In this document: piece by piece, positions 33,775-45,994 of the stretch
Layout of the letters: each line of letters starts with the position of its first letter
How positions within the stretch are numbered: position 1 is the stretch's first letter
Source of the DNA: the human T2T-CHM13v2.0 reference genome, Homo sapiens
Direction: 5' to 3' (one strand)
NCBI RefSeq assembly: GCF_009914755.1
Contig: NC_060932.1
Length of the DNA: 64,000 nucleotides
Program-made: the position numbers and the translations under genes
Notes under the pieces: model-generated
Database searches by the model: none
What the model was told of the DNA's origin: nothing
Seen by the model: the letters and a program-made list of their open reading frames with translations, nothing else

Positions 33775-34010
33775 TTTATTTTAAAATTATTTTTAATTTT
33801 TGTGGGCACATTGGAGGTGTATATACTTATGCGGTACATGAGATGTTTTGATGCAGGCGTGAAAGATGAAATAAGCACATCGTGGAGAATGACGCTTCTA
33901 TGCAATAATATGTGTCTGGATGCTTGTCACAAGTATCTAGCCCTTCGAGCATTTATCCTTTGTGTAACAATCCAATTATACCGAGTTCTTTTAAAATGTA
34001 CAATTAAGTT
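33775..34010 (-). mobile_element. L1MA2/3-like 3'-end fragment
   Basis: tttttaatttttgtgggcacattggaggtgtatata...gagcatttatcctttgtgt...ttttaaaatgtacaattaa. Confidence 0.7.
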
Positions 34011-34236
34011 CTCACAAGTGCTTTTAATGAGTAAGAGATGATAAAGGCAACATGCTTTTACAGGTCCAAAATGACTGAAGTTGTGATTTGTAATGTGGCA
34101 TTCCCTCTATTGTGTGTAAGGTCAACACCATTCTATTTTGAATAACAGAAACACTATTATTATTATTACCTTTATATGGCTCACCTTGATTTTTGGTCCT
34201 TCTACACTACTTTTTTCCTGTAGGTGATTACTTTTT

Positions 34237-34524
34237 GGCTGGGTGCAGTGGCTCACACCTGTAATCCCAGCACTTTGGGAGGCTAAGGCAGGCAGATCAC
34301 CTGAGGTCAGGAGTTTGAGAACAGCCTGGCCAATATGGTGAAACCCTGTCTCTACTACAAATATAAAAATTAGCTGGGCGTGGTGGTGGGCATCTGTAAT
34401 CCCAGCTACTCGGGAGACTGAGGCAGGAGAATCGCTTGAACTGGGGAAGCGGAGGTTGCAGTGAGCAGATAGCACCATTGCATTCTAGCCTGGGTAACAG
34501 AGTAAGACGCTGTCTAAAAAGAAA
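34237..34524 (+). mobile_element. Alu (AluS-like)
   Basis: ggctgggtgcagtggctcacacctgtaatcccagc...agtaagacgctgtctaaaaagaaa. Its tail directly abuts the poly-T of an L1 end. Confidence 0.95.
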
Positions 34525-34690
34525 TTTTTTTTTTTAACTTTTAAGCTCAGGGGTGCATGTGCAGGTTTGTTACATAGTTAAAATCATGTCATGAGAGTTT
34601 GTTGTACAGATTATTTCATAGCAGGTGTTGAGCCACTACCCAATAATTGTTTTTTTCTGATCCTCTCCCTCCTTCCACCCTCTACCCTCC
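34525..34690 (-). mobile_element. L1PA (older, PA13-16-like) 3'-UTR fragment
   Basis: tttttaacttttaagctcaggggtgcatgtgcaggtttgttacatag...tcctctccctccttccaccctc. Confidence 0.8.
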
Positions 34691-34888
34691 AGAGGGGAAC
34701 AACCCACACTGGGGCCCAGGGAGGGTGGTGGGCGGGAGGAGGGAGGAGGGAGGGGATGAGAATAATAATGGTTACTAGGCTTTATACCTGAGGCTGAAAG
34801 AATCTGCACAACAAACTCCCACGGTGCGAGTTTACCTATGAAACAAACCTGCACATGCACCCCTGACCTTAAAAGTTAAATAAGAAAA
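34691..34888 (+). mobile_element. L1PA (older) 3'-UTR fragment, head-to-head with the previous one
   Basis: agaggggaacaacccacactggggcc...tttacctatgaaacaaacctgcacatgcacccctgaccttaaaagttaaa. Confidence 0.8.
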
Positions 34889-35245
34889 CCAAAACAGCCA
34901 CAACAGCAAACACTGTGTAAGTGAATATGAAGAGTGGAAATTCTTGACGCCTTTCCTCCTTGTGTACACGTGAGCCTGTGCCGAATCGCAGGGGTGGTTT
35001 CCGTGCTGTCCACTCGCCGTCCGCTTCAGTGTGTGAGGACTGGGAGCGTTATCAGTTGTAACCAGAGACAACACTCCCACAGGAGATATCACAGTGTCCC
35101 TTCCTATGAATAATACGTGTCTGTTTCTTGACGCTTCCTCTACTTTTGGACATTTGGGTGGTTCTTGGCATTTAATCATAAAAATGCTGAAGTAAATGTC
35201 CTTAGGTGTCAATTTTGCATACTACTTTATGACATTAGTATTTTC

Positions 35246-35574
35246 TTTTCTTTCTTTTTTTCCCCTCTCTTCCTTCCTTCCTTCCTTCCTTCCTTCCTTC
35301 CTTCCTTCCTTCCTTCCTTCCTTCCTTCCTTTTTTTTTTGACAGTGTCTCTCTCTGTTGCCCAGGCTGGAGTGCAGTGGTGTGACCTCGGCTCACTGCAA
35401 CCTCTGCCTCCCAGGCTCTAGCAATGGAACTATAGGCACCACCATGCCCAGCTAACTTTTTGTATTTTTAGAAGAGACAGAGTCTTGCTATATTGCCCAG
35501 GCTGGTCTTGAACTCCCGGGCTCAAACGATCCGCCCCCCTCAGCCTCCCACAGTGTGAGCCACAACATCTGGCC
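35246..35574 (-). mobile_element. Alu (AluJ-like), internally deleted, tail expanded to (TTCC)n
   Basis: (TTCC)n at ~35270-35330. TSD gacattagtattttc (35231-35245) / gatattaatattttc (35575-35589). Confidence 0.9.
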
Positions 35575-36607
35575 GATATTAATATTTTCCTGCAGAAGTG
35601 GACTCACTGTTTATACATTCGTGGTGTTACCAGTGTGATAGTTTCGTATGGGCACATATACCCTATGTATACATAGGCATAGGTGCATCTTACTGGTTTT
35701 CCTTTCATCTTGTTTTGGGGTTTCCATAGGTTCAAACCCTTATAGTGGAGGCATTTGCATGCTTTATTTCAGGTAACCCTCCCAACAATCTTGTGAGGTA
35801 GACGTCACCGTCACCGCTGTGCCAGGGAGAAACTTCGGCTGGATTCAGGCCCAGAGCTGGGGCGTGGCAGAGCTGGGGTTCAGGCGGGGACCCCCGCACA
35901 CAGCCTGCTCCTGTTTTCTGGGCTGCGTCCCCGGCGTGGTTAAGAGTCCTGGGCGGCTCATGCAACTGCACGGAGTGGCTGTGACTCCACGTAATAAACG
36001 AGGAGGCTCTGTAAAGCCCCCTTTTGTCCGAATACGAGGGCTTCGGCGATTCCTTTCAACAGTCCCGTGCATCTGAAGCTCATGCTGCTGCTGCTGATTT
36101 TGGAATCGCCCTTTTTGCCATTCACGTTTTCAAGACTTTTTACGTAGCAGTTCGAAGGCTTTTATTTAATTTGAGAATCATCAGTGAGCTCATCAATTCT
36201 GGAAATGGAAACATTCCCAGTGTGCTTCATGGATAAAAACCTGTGACTCTGAAGCCCTGTCTCAGGACTTTGTGGATTTTAACATCACTCATCAGCTCCG
36301 GCTTGCTGTTTAAAGTTTTTAAAAATATAAAGCAAAAGGTGTTTATTTAATTTGACATTAATGCACAAACTGATCAATTATGGAAATACAAACATTTCCA
36401 ATGTATTTTATTGATAAGAATTTTAAGCAACTAAAAGCATCCCCTTGTATGTTTTTCATTCCAACCCACTTGCATGTTGTAATTAAGACCCCACCAAGTC
36501 ACACAGACAACACGCAACCTAAAAAGACCTGATCTTTCCTACTCTTCCTTTCCTATGAAGTTTGAAAAAGTCAGAAGTTAAAAACTGTTCATTTGTCACC
36601 ACGGCCT

Positions 36608-37000
36608 ATTACCAGACACCATCCCAGTTACCCTGGGTTCCGTGGACTCACTGGAAGTGGGGGTAAAGGATCCCGGGCATGCTCAGTCCTCCGTGGTGAG
36701 TGCCGGCAGTGATGAGATTTCCTCCTGTAATGGTCTGGGGGCTTCATCATGAGCTGCACCCGAACAGGGAAGGTGTCCCCACTGGAGGCAGTCTATTTTC
36801 CAACATCCCCAAAGACTACCAGTTGGGCATGGTTTGGTGGAGGCCGGGGGTTAGGACAAGCCTTCATCCAGTGTCCAGTGTTGCCACATGGGAAACAGAC
36901 TCCCGGAGAGGTGGGGGAGTTTTCTTTCGGGTTATTGGGAGGCTTTTGTGTAACTGACTTTTGGACAGCAGAGGCCAGCATCTGGTATTTTAAATGGTGT
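36608..37000 (-). pseudogene. Class I (ERV1/gammaretrovirus-like) gag 3' end and protease start remnant
   Basis: KYQMLASAVQ...GVCFPCGNTGHWMKACPNPRPP contains a perfect CX2CX4HX4C knuckle (36856-36897). After a frameshift it reads TKPCPTGSLWGCWKIDC...LPALTTED* (stop 36683-36685), then in frame ACPGS...EPRVTGMVSG. Confidence 0.85.
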
Positions 37001-38348
37001 TCTAGTTTGAGAGCAGTGAGGAGTGGTTGTCTTGGAGAGGTTGATGTAATTAGGAAAGTTATATTGAAAGAAACAAGCAAAAGGAGAAAAAAGTTATTTG
37101 TGTAGGAGTAAACTCCTGGAAAGTTCCCTGAAATCATAGGTCTCATAGTGCAGGGAGGAGGTCATCAGGACGTGTAATGGAAGTTTCATAAGGGTACCAC
37201 CGAAGGTCTGTGACAAGGTTGGCTAGGAAACAATGAACGTCTGGAAGAAAAAGAGACATAAGTGGCTTATGTAGATTTCTCTTCCTTTTCCTCTGGGATT
37301 TGGATGGCGTGAAGGGAAGTGGGTCCCTTCCCTAGGATGGAAAAAACGCCTTTTTGGCGTTTGATGCTTACAGAGAGTAAGCAGCAAAGGCGCGTGTCGT
37401 GACACTTGCGGAGGCTGCAGTCCATGCTCCTTCCCCGCTTCCATGTGCTCTGCTCCAGAAACAAAGCGAGTTATGTGCTGACTCACAGATTCCTAGAAAA
37501 TCCACTTGCTTTCCAGGGAAGAGCTGGGAGTGAGGAGACAGAGACAATGGTGTTTTTCCCACACCTGCCTGGGTTGCAGCTGGGATGGGCAGTGAGGCAG
37601 CTTCGGGGGGAACTCGCTTCTGTTTTCTCTTTTTAAATAAAACAGGGGCTGGATTTGATAAAGTCTGACACTGCTTTCTACTCTGTGGTTTCCTAATTCT
37701 GTTGTTCTTTATTTTCACAGACCATGACCTGGAACTTCTGAACGAACCTACTGTGAATTTTCTAAACCGTTGGCTGCTCTTGTTATTGTTAAATAGTGGA
37801 GGCATTTGGTGTAATCTTTTTCAATCCACATCCATTCCCCCAAACCAGAACAATGTTAGGCACGTAAAAGACACTCAGACATTTGGCGGGTGAGTGAGTG
37901 AGCCGAGGCCATCCTTGGCTTTGTTGCAGGACAGCCTTCCTTGTCGGCCTGCTGCTGGCTCTGCTGGTGTGGGCGTCAACTTGTGACGAGGACCTTCTTA
38001 TGTGTGAGTTTGGGAGCTGGGCAGGTGCCTTCTCTAGGCTGGCTGCCTTCCTTTTATGAGAGAGCACTTCCTATAGATTATCACATATTTTTATATAGCC
38101 TACATCTTGTGCAGCTGAATTGAGGCAGCCTGGAGTGGCAGAAATAATTGTGGAGCCAGGAGGACTGGATGTCAGCATCAACTGTGACATTGATCCGTTG
38201 TGTGGTTTGGGGACACGTGCCTTGTGTCTCTGGGTCGTGTCCTCTCCAGCTTTAATGTGAGGGGATTGGGTGACACAGTCTCTGAGTTTCCTGCCCACTC
38301 TAAAAGTCTGTCTTCTTAATTCATTCTTGCATGTGAGGAAGAAATTCA

Positions 38349-38727
38349 GAGGTTATCAGGGGGACACGTGGGGAAGTGATGGCACCCGGCGAGGTTATCA
38401 GGGGGACACGTGGGGGAAGTGATGGCACCCGGCGAGGTTATCAGGGGGACACGTGGGGAAGTGATGGCACCGGCGAGGTTATCAGGGGGACACGTGGGGA
38501 AGTGATGGCACCCGGCGAGGTTATCAGGGGGACACGTGGGGGAAGTGATGGCACCCGGCGAGGTTATCAGGGGGACACGTGGGGAAGTGATGGCACCGGG
38601 TGAGGTTATCAGGGGGACATGTGGGGAAGTGACGGCACCCGGCGAGGTTATCAGGGGGACACGTGGGGAACTGATGGCACCCGGCGAGGTTATCAGGGGG
38701 ACACGTGGGGAAGTGATGGCACCGGGC
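38349..38727. repeat. VNTR, 9 copies of a 41-43-bp unit GAGGTTATCAGGGGGACACGTGGGGAAGTGATGGCACCCGGC
   Basis: Unit starts at 38349, 38391, 38434, 38475, 38517, 38560, 38602, 38644 and 38686. Confidence 0.97.
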
Positions 38728-38923
38728 GTCGGCCATGGCTTTGGGCATCACGTGGGCACAGCTGCAGCCTGAGAAGTGGGGGTGCCGGCATCCGGCAGGG
38801 GCGGCTCTGCAAGCTGTGGCTCCGGGTTGGGGAGGCAAAGTGCTCCCGGCCTCCTGGGAGATTCGGAACATCTGCGTCGTCTTCATACTCCATTCCAGAG
38901 GAGTTGCCATCTTGCTGGGTCAT

Positions 38924-38924
<1 letters not shown>

Positions 38925-38970
<46 letters not shown>
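38925..38970. repeat. (AC)n microsatellite, ~23 units
   Basis: Uninterrupted acacac run. Confidence 0.97.
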
Positions 38971-38973
<3 letters not shown>

Positions 38974-40341
38974 CTCTTACTTTATGCTGACTCAGGTGTT
39001 GGTCACAGGCTTTCCCATTCACATCTTCTCATTTGAGGGCCCAAGTTCCTGTGGGTCCACGCTCAGTCCTGCCGGTTCTCTGCCTCCACCTTGCACCTGC
39101 CCAGGTGGCCTCTGAGCATTTGGAGGGGTGCATGCAAGGTGCCCTGTCCTGGGTAAAGTGGCTGTGGCTCTCTGGGGCACCCAGTGGATTCCAGCTGGTT
39201 TTGGCAGTGGTGTGGCTTGTCTATCCTGGACTGGAGGTGTGCACAGTGGACCCCAGCCCAGGAAGGGGAACTGGGGAACCTGTGGACTTGGCCATCTGCT
39301 TCTGCCTCCTAAATGACCCCGTCTTCTCCAGGAGTGGACGGGAGCTGGCAGCAGGTGTCCTCATCCATGCAAAGCCATGGGCAGTTGTGCCCTGATACCT
39401 CCTTGGAGAGGAGCAGGGGAGGATGAAGGATGCTCTGTGTGTAGCCCATGCCTGAGACTAAAACAGGTAGAAATCTCACTGAAACCCGAGGAGTCAGATG
39501 CCAGGAATTGGTGTCCTCTGTGTTTTCCTTTGTATCGCATGGAGGCGTGGACTCAAGAGGAGGATGAGCCTCGAGCACTGTGGGTGTGGGTGTGGACGAG
39601 TCTCCTGCCAATGAAATAGTTGCGCAATCGCAGAGCAAGGGAGACAGGAACGTCAGGGCCAAACATTTCCTCCTGCCAATTTTGGTTTCATGTTCCTCTA
39701 AACGCCTTCTTCTCTTTCCCAGGAGCCTCTTTGAAAACTCTGTAAGTCACACATGAGCTTGTTTTGCTGAGAAGGGCACCAAGACCAGCAAGTCTCCTTT
39801 ATTCATGCAACCAACGTGTTCCGATCCACCCCATCAGGGTCCGTGCTGAGTCCGAGGAAGACACAAAAGTTCAGTCGCTCCCTGTTCTGCCTTTGTGGCT
39901 TCACAGAGGAGAATCATGTCACAGTGTGTTGGTGAAAATGAGATGATGTGGGGACACTTTTCTGTCTGAGTCAAATTGCTTAACACCATATATGCAATTC
40001 GTGTCTAGTTTTCTCTGCTTTTAAAGGACCACTTTAGAATCTTATGACAACGATGTGTAACCCAGTTCATCGTCACCCTTTGTGGATGGCGATGAGGGCT
40101 GGTTTGTTGAAGTGGTAGGGTTGCGACCCAGGTCTCCAAACTCTAGGTTTCTGTGTTTCCCTCCCCAGTCCGTGAAACCCCTCATGCCTGTCGGCTGGGG
40201 GAAGATGCCAGTGGCCTCTCCAGAACATCTGAAGGCCAACCTGAGTGGCGCTGGACTCTGTCATCAGAGCAGCCCACAGAGGGCCAGCACGGCTCTTCCA
40301 CGTGAGATGCCTTGGCTGATCACCACTTCTAGGTTAGCTCA

Positions 40342-40503
40342 GGACACATGATCACCTAAACCGAGTGCACAGGAGCTGTGGGGAGGTGGACGCAGGCCTT
40401 TCCTCTGCGAGGGAGCTGATGGGGACACGCGATCACCTAGACGGAGTGCGCGGGGGCTGTGGGGAGGTGGATGCGGGCCTTTCCTCTGAGAGGGAGCTGA
40501 TGG
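40342..40503. repeat. Two-copy 81-bp tandem duplication
   Basis: ggacacatgatcacct...gagggagctgatgg (40342) / ggacacgcgatcacct...gagggagctgatgg (40423). Confidence 0.9.
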
Positions 40504-41567
40504 TTTTGTGCAGCAGTCACATGTCACTGACCCCACTCCAGATAATGCCACTGCTACGTTCTATTTTAAATACCTTTCCTGTCTTTACCAGAGTTGATTT
40601 ATGCATATGCATATGTATCCCTATTTCACATCTTACTCTTTACACATTCACAGACTACTCATGTTGGAGGGGCTCCTAGAGACTGAAGTAGTATTTGGGC
40701 TCCCATCTGTCTTTCTGCCTGTCCTTCTTTTTTTCCTTTTTCTACAGGTGGGAAACACCCCTTTCCTGACTCCCTGATTCTGAACTGGGCTGTCCATCAA
40801 CAATGCAAGGTCTGAGTTCCAGGGGTCCGGTGGGCAGGCCACATCGTGCATGTGGTGTGAGGGCCTGAAGGTGCTTCCACAAGACGGATACTCAGAGTCA
40901 TTTTACTCTGGTTGAAGGTATCTGCGAGGAACAGGGATTACATCCACCTGAGCAGAGTCCAGTGGGCAGCAAGTCTCACTGATACCTTACAGGAGGGACC
41001 CCAGGCCTGGGAATGATCGCTGTGTTCAGGGCACTGTGCCACTTGTCTGGGCACTGAGAACACAGCGCAGGTCCCGTGACTCCCATGTGTGATGACAGGG
41101 ATGTGTAAAGTAACCCGGGAAGCTTGTCAGGTGTAGAGCTGAATTTCACACACACAGAGCATCTACTTTACCACGTTCTCTGATGTGTGACATCATCGGT
41201 CTCTGCATGAGTCCTGTGAGGGGCCGAAATTTGGATCCTTGACATATTAACTGTTATTGAATAGGCTGTAAGTGAATCTCATACTTCATTTATGCTTTTA
41301 ATGTTTCTTTAGTTAGATTCTAAATGCATTTTGCTTTCTCCTGCGCTCTTCCCTGAGACCAGAAAAATTGCCTGTTTTCAATTCTCTGATAAGTGAGTCT
41401 TCCCCCATAATGAACTAACAAATATCTTCATTAGTGCTTCTCATTTCCACTTGCAGTTTGCTCAAAATTAAGCAATGCAGTGCTTCTGCAGATGTGCTTT
41501 CTAAGCATCTAAAATAGAGACATATAGGAATCAAATTTCCATTTCCCTACAGATTATCTGATTACAT

Positions 41568-41755
41568 AGGATCAAACGCAGCCACTCTCAATGATCCATG
41601 CTAATGGGAGCAGGGGTGGCTTGGGAAAATGAAAGCCATTGAGCTCAGAAGCTCTCTTCCCCCATTTATTTCAGCCTTCCCACCCAGCCAGCATTTGACA
41701 AGCACCACTAACAAGCAGTGAAATTGACTGGCTGATTCCATCTCTCCATCCTTTC
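41568..41755. repeat. Left arm of a ~190-bp inverted repeat (partner 44162-44352)
   Basis: Its reverse complement aligns to 44162-44352, including a perfect 29-bp core (41690-41718 vs 44202-44230). Confidence 0.92.
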
Positions 41756-42158
41756 AAACTCGTGCTAATGAGCAGGCGAATCACAAACAGGGAAAAGAGG
41801 GAAGAGGCAGGATGCTCGGATAATCCCCCAACTGGAACACCCCTTCTGCAATCATTGCAATCATATGGACATGCACCAGCTGGATTTAAAATCGATTAGA
41901 AAGATTGACACCAAAAGGTGCGTTTGGGAGTGGCGTTGGGATGAAGACGGCCTGCTTATTATTATTTTTCTTTCCACAAAATCTCTCTCATTACACGGCA
42001 AACACATCGCACTAAACTGGCCATATCTCGGCACCACTGTGTCTGGAAGTCTCACCCTTTAATGCCTTGTTTTGTCTGGTGGCGAGGATTTTCCTCTCCC
42101 TCTCGTTGAAATGTTTCTTCTGCCCGTGCTTCTGTAAAATATATATGTGTATATATAG

Positions 42159-42478
<320 letters not shown>

Positions 42479-42768
42479 GCTTCTGCAGTATTTTAATGTA
42501 GGATCTTTTCCTTCTAAACTGTGCACCCTAAATATACTTGGTTTCAAAACTCTGTATTTTCATTCTTGGCCTTTTCTTGTGTCTATTTCAGCACTGTGTT
42601 AACATTTCCATGTATCTTGTTTCAAGTTGAAGTAAGATTTATCTCTGCTTTAAAAATTTAAATGTAAAAATAGTAGTGGGTTTTTAAATGTAATTTAAAT
42701 TTAAAATTCAGATTTTCTTATTCTGTTTTTGGCGTGGTATGTGCTATGAGAGAGAAATCAGTAAGTAA

Positions 42769-43370
<602 letters not shown>

Positions 43371-43656
43371 TCTGATTCCATAAAGGGTGATGACCCTCTG
43401 TACTGTTATTTTTTCCTTCTCATTCAAATGTCATGAGAAGGATAGAAAGTGTGAGGGCAAAACCAGCTTTTCAAAAAAGACTTAAAATGTACTTTTTTAC
43501 ATGAGGGAGGCCTAAGTGCTCATGCAGACCTCTTAATGAGTCAGTCAAGAGGATGAGGACAAAGAGACAGGGAGAGGAAGGGGCTTTCGTAGTAAGTTTC
43601 TTAAAAAGAAATATGGAGGTGGAGGCGTGACCAGGGGCAGGTGGGGTCGCCAGGTG

Positions 43657-43759
43657 GTGGCTCAGATGCAGAGGACATGGAGGCATCCTGAGGTGGATGA
43701 CAAGGCGTGGAGGGATGCGATGCCCCAGAATGCCTCCATGTCCTCTGCACCTGAGCCAC
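43657..43759. other. Near-perfect hairpin: 34-bp arms (43657-43690 / 43726-43759), 35-nt spacer
   Basis: gtggctcagatgcagaggacatggaggcatcctg pairs with cagaatgcctccatgtcctctgcacctgagccac at 32/34 Watson-Crick positions. Confidence 0.93.
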
Positions 43760-44198
43760 ACGCTGGAAAGGATGGAGAGAAGATGGAATCAGCCAGTCCG
43801 TTCATGTCCTCTGCACCTGAGCCAGACGCTGGAAAGGATGGAGAGAAGATGGAATCAGCCAGTCCGTTCATGTCCTCTGCACCTGAGCTAGACGCTGGAA
43901 AGGATGGAGAGAAGATGGAATCAGCCAGTCCGTTCATGTCCTCTGCACCTGAGCCAGACGCTGGAAAGGATGGAGAGAAGATGGAATCAGCCAGTCCGTT
44001 CATGTCCTGTGCACCTGAGCCATACGCTGGAAAGGATGGGGAGAAGATGGAATCAGCCAGTCGGTTCATGTCCTCCGCACCTGAGCCGTACGCTGGAAAG
44101 GTTGGAGAGAAGATGGAATCAGCCAGTCGGTTCATGTCCTCCGCACCTGAGCCGTACGCTGGAAAGGATGGAGAGAAGATGGAATCAGCCAGTCCGTT
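43737..44198. repeat. VNTR, 7 copies of a 66-bp unit CATGTCCTCTGCACCTGAGCCAGACGCTGGAAAGGATGGAGAGAAGATGGAATCAGCCAGTCCGTT
   Basis: Exact 66-bp period (43737, 43803, 43869, 43935, 44001, 44067, 44133). It appears as a 22-aa repeat in ORF 43627-44319. Confidence 0.97.
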
Positions 44199-44352
44199 TT
44201 GCTGCTTGTTAGTGGTGCTTGTCAAATGCTTGCAGGGTGGAAAGGTTGAAATAAATGGGGGAAGAAAGCTTCTGAGCTCACTGGATTTCGTTTTCCCAAG
44301 TTATTTATATTCCCACTAGCAGGAGTAATCAAGAGTGGCTGCATTTGTTCCT
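44162..44352. repeat. Right arm of the ~190-bp inverted repeat (partner 41568-41755); its inner ~36 bp is part of the 66-bp VNTR unit
   Basis: gaaaggatggagagaagatggaatcagccagtc...ctgcttgttagtggtgcttgtcaaatgct...gaaataaatgggggaaga...gcttctgagctca...ttttcccaag...agagtggctgc. Confidence 0.92.
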
Positions 44353-45620
44353 GCAAGGCATTAATACAATGTTCTTATACCTGTAATAGCAGGTGGAGAG
44401 TTTAGAGTGTCTGCTTCTAAGAATCTGAGGAGTGTCTTTTTTGTGATTAGTATGAGCCAAATAGTTCTAGTTGACTTAAGAATATGTTAATGTATCATCT
44501 TGATAAAATATTTAATTTGAAAGAAGAGAAATAACGGCAGCTAACTTTTGGCTAAAGTGGTGATCAGGGAAGCGCATCTTGGAAACAATGATTTATACTA
44601 AAGTGTTTATTCCAGAAACTCAAAGATAAGTGTCAGGTGGATTTTTGGATTCTTCAGTATACTATCCCGGGTGTGATGAGGAGCACATATAAGGAAATAG
44701 AATGGATAAAGAAGAAAAGTGTAGGAATAAAGAGCTAAGGGAATGGGGAAGTTTCAACATCATGGGACTATTGAACTGTAATTCAGAAGACACAGTCAAA
44801 TAAAACTACAAGTAGAAGCTCGGAGAAAAAGCTGCTGCCTTCTCAGCTGCTACGAGGTGAGGAGTCAGGGATGGGGATTCAATGGACATGTGAATGGCCG
44901 TCGTCTCTGTCACCTGGGTGGAAGTTCATAGCATGTCTCTGGTTCTCCATGTGGGGGTCACGCCCTCCACTTTCTCAAGCTATGAGTCACAAGCAATGGC
45001 CCATGCTGTGTAGCTCCATTTCTAACCCGGAAGCTTCTGGAACGGAACTGTTCACCTACCATTTTCATATGATGGGATACATTGAAAGGTTTTGGCCGAC
45101 AGAAGAATTAGCTCAACGCTGTAGTTTGCATAAAGAGCTGCCCTGCACTGTGTTCACAGAGAAGCACTGCTCTTGCACTTTCCTCATGGTGTTTGGTGTT
45201 TGCACATGAGACTTAGCTCATGTGGCTAAGCCCATGGGTTTCCAGGCGAAAGAAAAGGCTTATAACTAGCAAGGTGTCCCTAGGGTCTCAAGTGAGGGAG
45301 ACAGAGCAGAGGGGACTTCTGAAGGCCTGAGGCACCCCTGACTGCTGCATGGTAAAATTTCTAGGGTGAAGCCAGTTTTCCTTTCTGCACAGTGGTCACT
45401 GGGGGCAATGAAACCGGATCATCGGGAAGGGATCTGGTCTTCTCTCTGTGTAAATGCTCGTGTAGATGAGATTGAGACTACACTCCTCTCAGTTGTCTGG
45501 CCTTTTTGTGCAGCTTGCATTTTCAAAGACTCACTGAAAAAAATAAGAGGCAACGGACTTTGACTTGCTCCCTTCAGTGGTACTTGGTGCAAGTTATAAC
45601 AACCTGACATATGAATCTAG

Positions 45621-45890
<270 letters not shown>

Positions 45891-45994
45891 TAGAGTAAAT
45901 GAATGTTTTCACATAATAGGCATTTAATGAGTGCCTGTTGTATTCCACAGCACTGATTTGACTGACACGTTGCTTTGTTTCGAGACACTAGCAC

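Noticed and set aside
38349-38727. CRISPR-like appearance of the regular repeats (also 43737-44198)
   Set aside because: The units are head-to-tail with no unique spacers, there are no cas genes, and the context is human.
43627-44319. 230-aa ORF with 7 x 22-aa repeats (and the antisense 187-aa ORF)
   Set aside because: Explained by a stop-free 66-bp unit. The annotated start is GTG, it is open on both strands, and there is no homology.
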